Source: a virus
Length of the DNA stretch: 64,000 nucleotides
Direction: 5' to 3' (one strand)
IMG/VR virus record: IMGVR_UViG_3300043411_001314
Span: 1-64,000 of that record
Shown here: in pieces, positions 63,201 to 64,000 of the stretch
Layout of the letters: the number at the start of each line of letters is the position of its first letter
How positions within the stretch are numbered: the first letter of the stretch is position 1
The notes under the pieces: generated by a model
Told to the model about the DNA's origin: nothing
The model's input: only the letters and a program-made list of their open reading frames with translations
The model's database searches: none
Translations under genes and position numbers: made by a program

Positions 63201-64000
63201 CCAGCCCCTTCGTTCGAGAATCGGTGGCTCGGCCGTCCTGGGTCAACTGTCGACGGCCGTCGCCGGATATGCAGTCCTCGAGCTCGGCGCCGAGATCGAC
63301 GAGGTCAAGAAGCAAATCGACGTCGCCCGGACGGATCTTCGGTCCAAGATCGCCGAGGCGCTTGACAGCGGGGTGACCGAGGAGGAGCTGCGCCGGCGCA
63401 TCGACTCGGCACCCCAGTACGACTCCGGCCTCTTCACGGAGTGGAGCGGCATCTCGGGGATCAGCTCCGGGATCCCCCTGCCAAACGTCAAGAACATCAT
63501 CGGCAAGATCTTCGGCGTGAACACGGACGCCAAGGCACCTGGACTCGAGGAGTTGGAGGGGGAGCTGACGGCTCGGGCGGCCGAGCGGCAGGTTGCGGAA
63601 GGCCAGGCCCTCATCGACGCATTCAATGAGGCATTCTCCAGTTCCGGAGAGAATGGCCTCATCGCTTCATGGGAAAACCTTGGGTTCAAGATTGACCGGG
63701 ATAAGGATCGGCTCCCCCCGGAAGTGAAAGCTGCCCTAGCTCTCCCGGGGATGGACAAGGTCGGCATCGACAGCGGTTTCTCAATGGACAACCTTGTCCA
63801 GCTGCTACTGCTCAGGCAGCAGAATCCGGACCAGAAGATCTACCAGCAGCTTCTGGACTTCATCATCAACCAGGCAAGCATGGACCCAGAGCTGTTGAAG
63901 TTGATCAACGCGGCGACGTCGGCGTTCGATGACAAGACGGCCAAGGACGCGGCCTCAGCTGAGCTCGAGACCGAGGTTAGCGAAGCTCGTACGGCGTTCG
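60208..64000 (+). CDS. tape measure protein (partial, runs off window)
   Basis: GTG GAG ACT TAC AAG CTG start after GAGGT; over 1260 aa Ala-rich helical open frame; GFTQEQLSGL..SGRSG..L.EQL.RI core. Confidence 0.9.
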   Translation, partial: METYKLNFKVGIDKTDVTAFIRDMNRAAAEASSSIAKAASGAQAKVGAGAPGAVATRGIADIEGQLRGRVGLAERSGLFSTGQIRDLQGAVNEIVRLARSGVRKDVTAAGRNLTSDLGASGGKAYRSRVGGVEQSVYRRAEAEAQAAEAATQAAAEEGRLNAWRKNARARLQGSISTENAARAESAKAAELEAAARLKEANEAEKQAAAAKARADKARPIYGPPKPPKSGVAPGVAAAERQAKELAAAQAKLDREQARAQAKAAAAASEPEDAVLKRFGLLPEGGLDYYSKVMGGPGPGLGWARLNAGPTSALDRYRDLNTGIGRNEFANNTVLDGDDKTLAEMSAEARANLTSLERMRQATEELAKAEQYLADLMGLSSRDMSGKLRAAAGPGRLAELLELRAKREGTAGLQDLEGFEAAADQRRANEVKEAKNRYITDDDLDAAVGVKVESERHTNVIRGRAADEKRSNQRLIEADAERIVATNLASSASKRMAADMMRAAGVGREREATPTQRFQAWIANRGGGDNLPRPATDFMQGKQLAASRIMTTASFAASGGLLYGAMSLGSDIMRESTELQVELGIIESQINSLDATANKVSLEKLRDELHKTSVASGVEMNEVANVTRQLAGAFADPETGNANFALAQKEADVALRYSKISGIPQQEITDSMSAISLAFRDVDTDVPLGFERILDTVLALENRFGVLSPEIVKFTADLAPLGKELGFTQEQLSGLGAVAQSRSGRSGTVLSEQLGRILPSLQDQQKKLYELFSLNANTEGAVGDLMKGFSEGDTPEVLRTLVKNYDKLTKEQQNEMASLVGSRREAATFYALLDSPKLTEDVLNGDFVAGGEFENRWDSYEQTVTLSTQRMRRAVEEFGQKLFDAGIDDLLIKGAQFGTVIAAALSGAVSWMTKLNDLMGGHLTTVLLAVGAWRTFGPYVAKAVAAMKGSAAFGGLMGRSGAVPGAAGPMVGAGPFGGMLYAAPPVQGPPAPGTPGAPRQPLRSRIGGSAVLGQLSTAVAGYAVLELGAEIDEVKKQIDVARTDLRSKIAEALDSGVTEEELRRRIDSAPQYDSGLFTEWSGISGISSGIPLPNVKNIIGKIFGVNTDAKAPGLEELEGELTARAAERQVAEGQALIDAFNEAFSSSGENGLIASWENLGFKIDRDKDRLPPEVKAALALPGMDKVGIDSGFSMDNLVQLLLLRQQNPDQKIYQQLLDFIINQASMDPELLKLINAATSAFDDKTAKDAASAELETEVSEARTAF

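Noticed and set aside
1-64000. Prophage boundaries, integrase or host chromosomal flank
   Set aside because: No recombinase or att-like context seen; host-like genes are embedded among phage genes

Overview
A 64 kb segment of a high-GC, long-tailed (siphovirus-type) actinobacterial phage. Evidence: WhiB, DUF3039, host-like DnaB and SSB, a tail tube gene, a tail chaperone with a -1 frameshift, and a tape measure gene running off the right end. No integrase, CRISPR array or reverse transcriptase is visible. The virion genes are split into separate blocks: tail/lysis 16.9-21.4 kb (+), terminase 22.4-25.3 kb (-, with an intein), portal/protease 34.3-37.9 kb (+), tail fibres 41.8-46.3 kb (-), and capsid-neck-tail 51.6-64 kb (+). 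These blocks sit among replication/recombination genes (initiator with iterons, YqaJ/RecT, DnaB, SSB, RusA-like), three DNA methyltransferases and many small accessory ORFs. Main finding: the phage encodes its own FliA/WhiG-family sigma factor, and a sigma28-type motif (TGAA-N16/17-GCCGATAA-like) lies directly upstream of each virion-gene block except the terminase block (weak candidate only), plus once inside the endolysin gene ahead of an internal start. Non-structural modules instead carry sigmaA-type, often leaderless, promoters. Second finding: accessory genes at 13-16 kb (-) and 47-50 kb (+) share short identical DNA blocks separated by divergent segments, suggesting cassette shuffling or inversion. 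Anti-defence candidates are a 2H phosphoesterase (Acb1-like) fused to the prohead protease and an Acb2/Tad1-like hairpin protein. All functional calls come from motif recognition by eye; no database searches were run.
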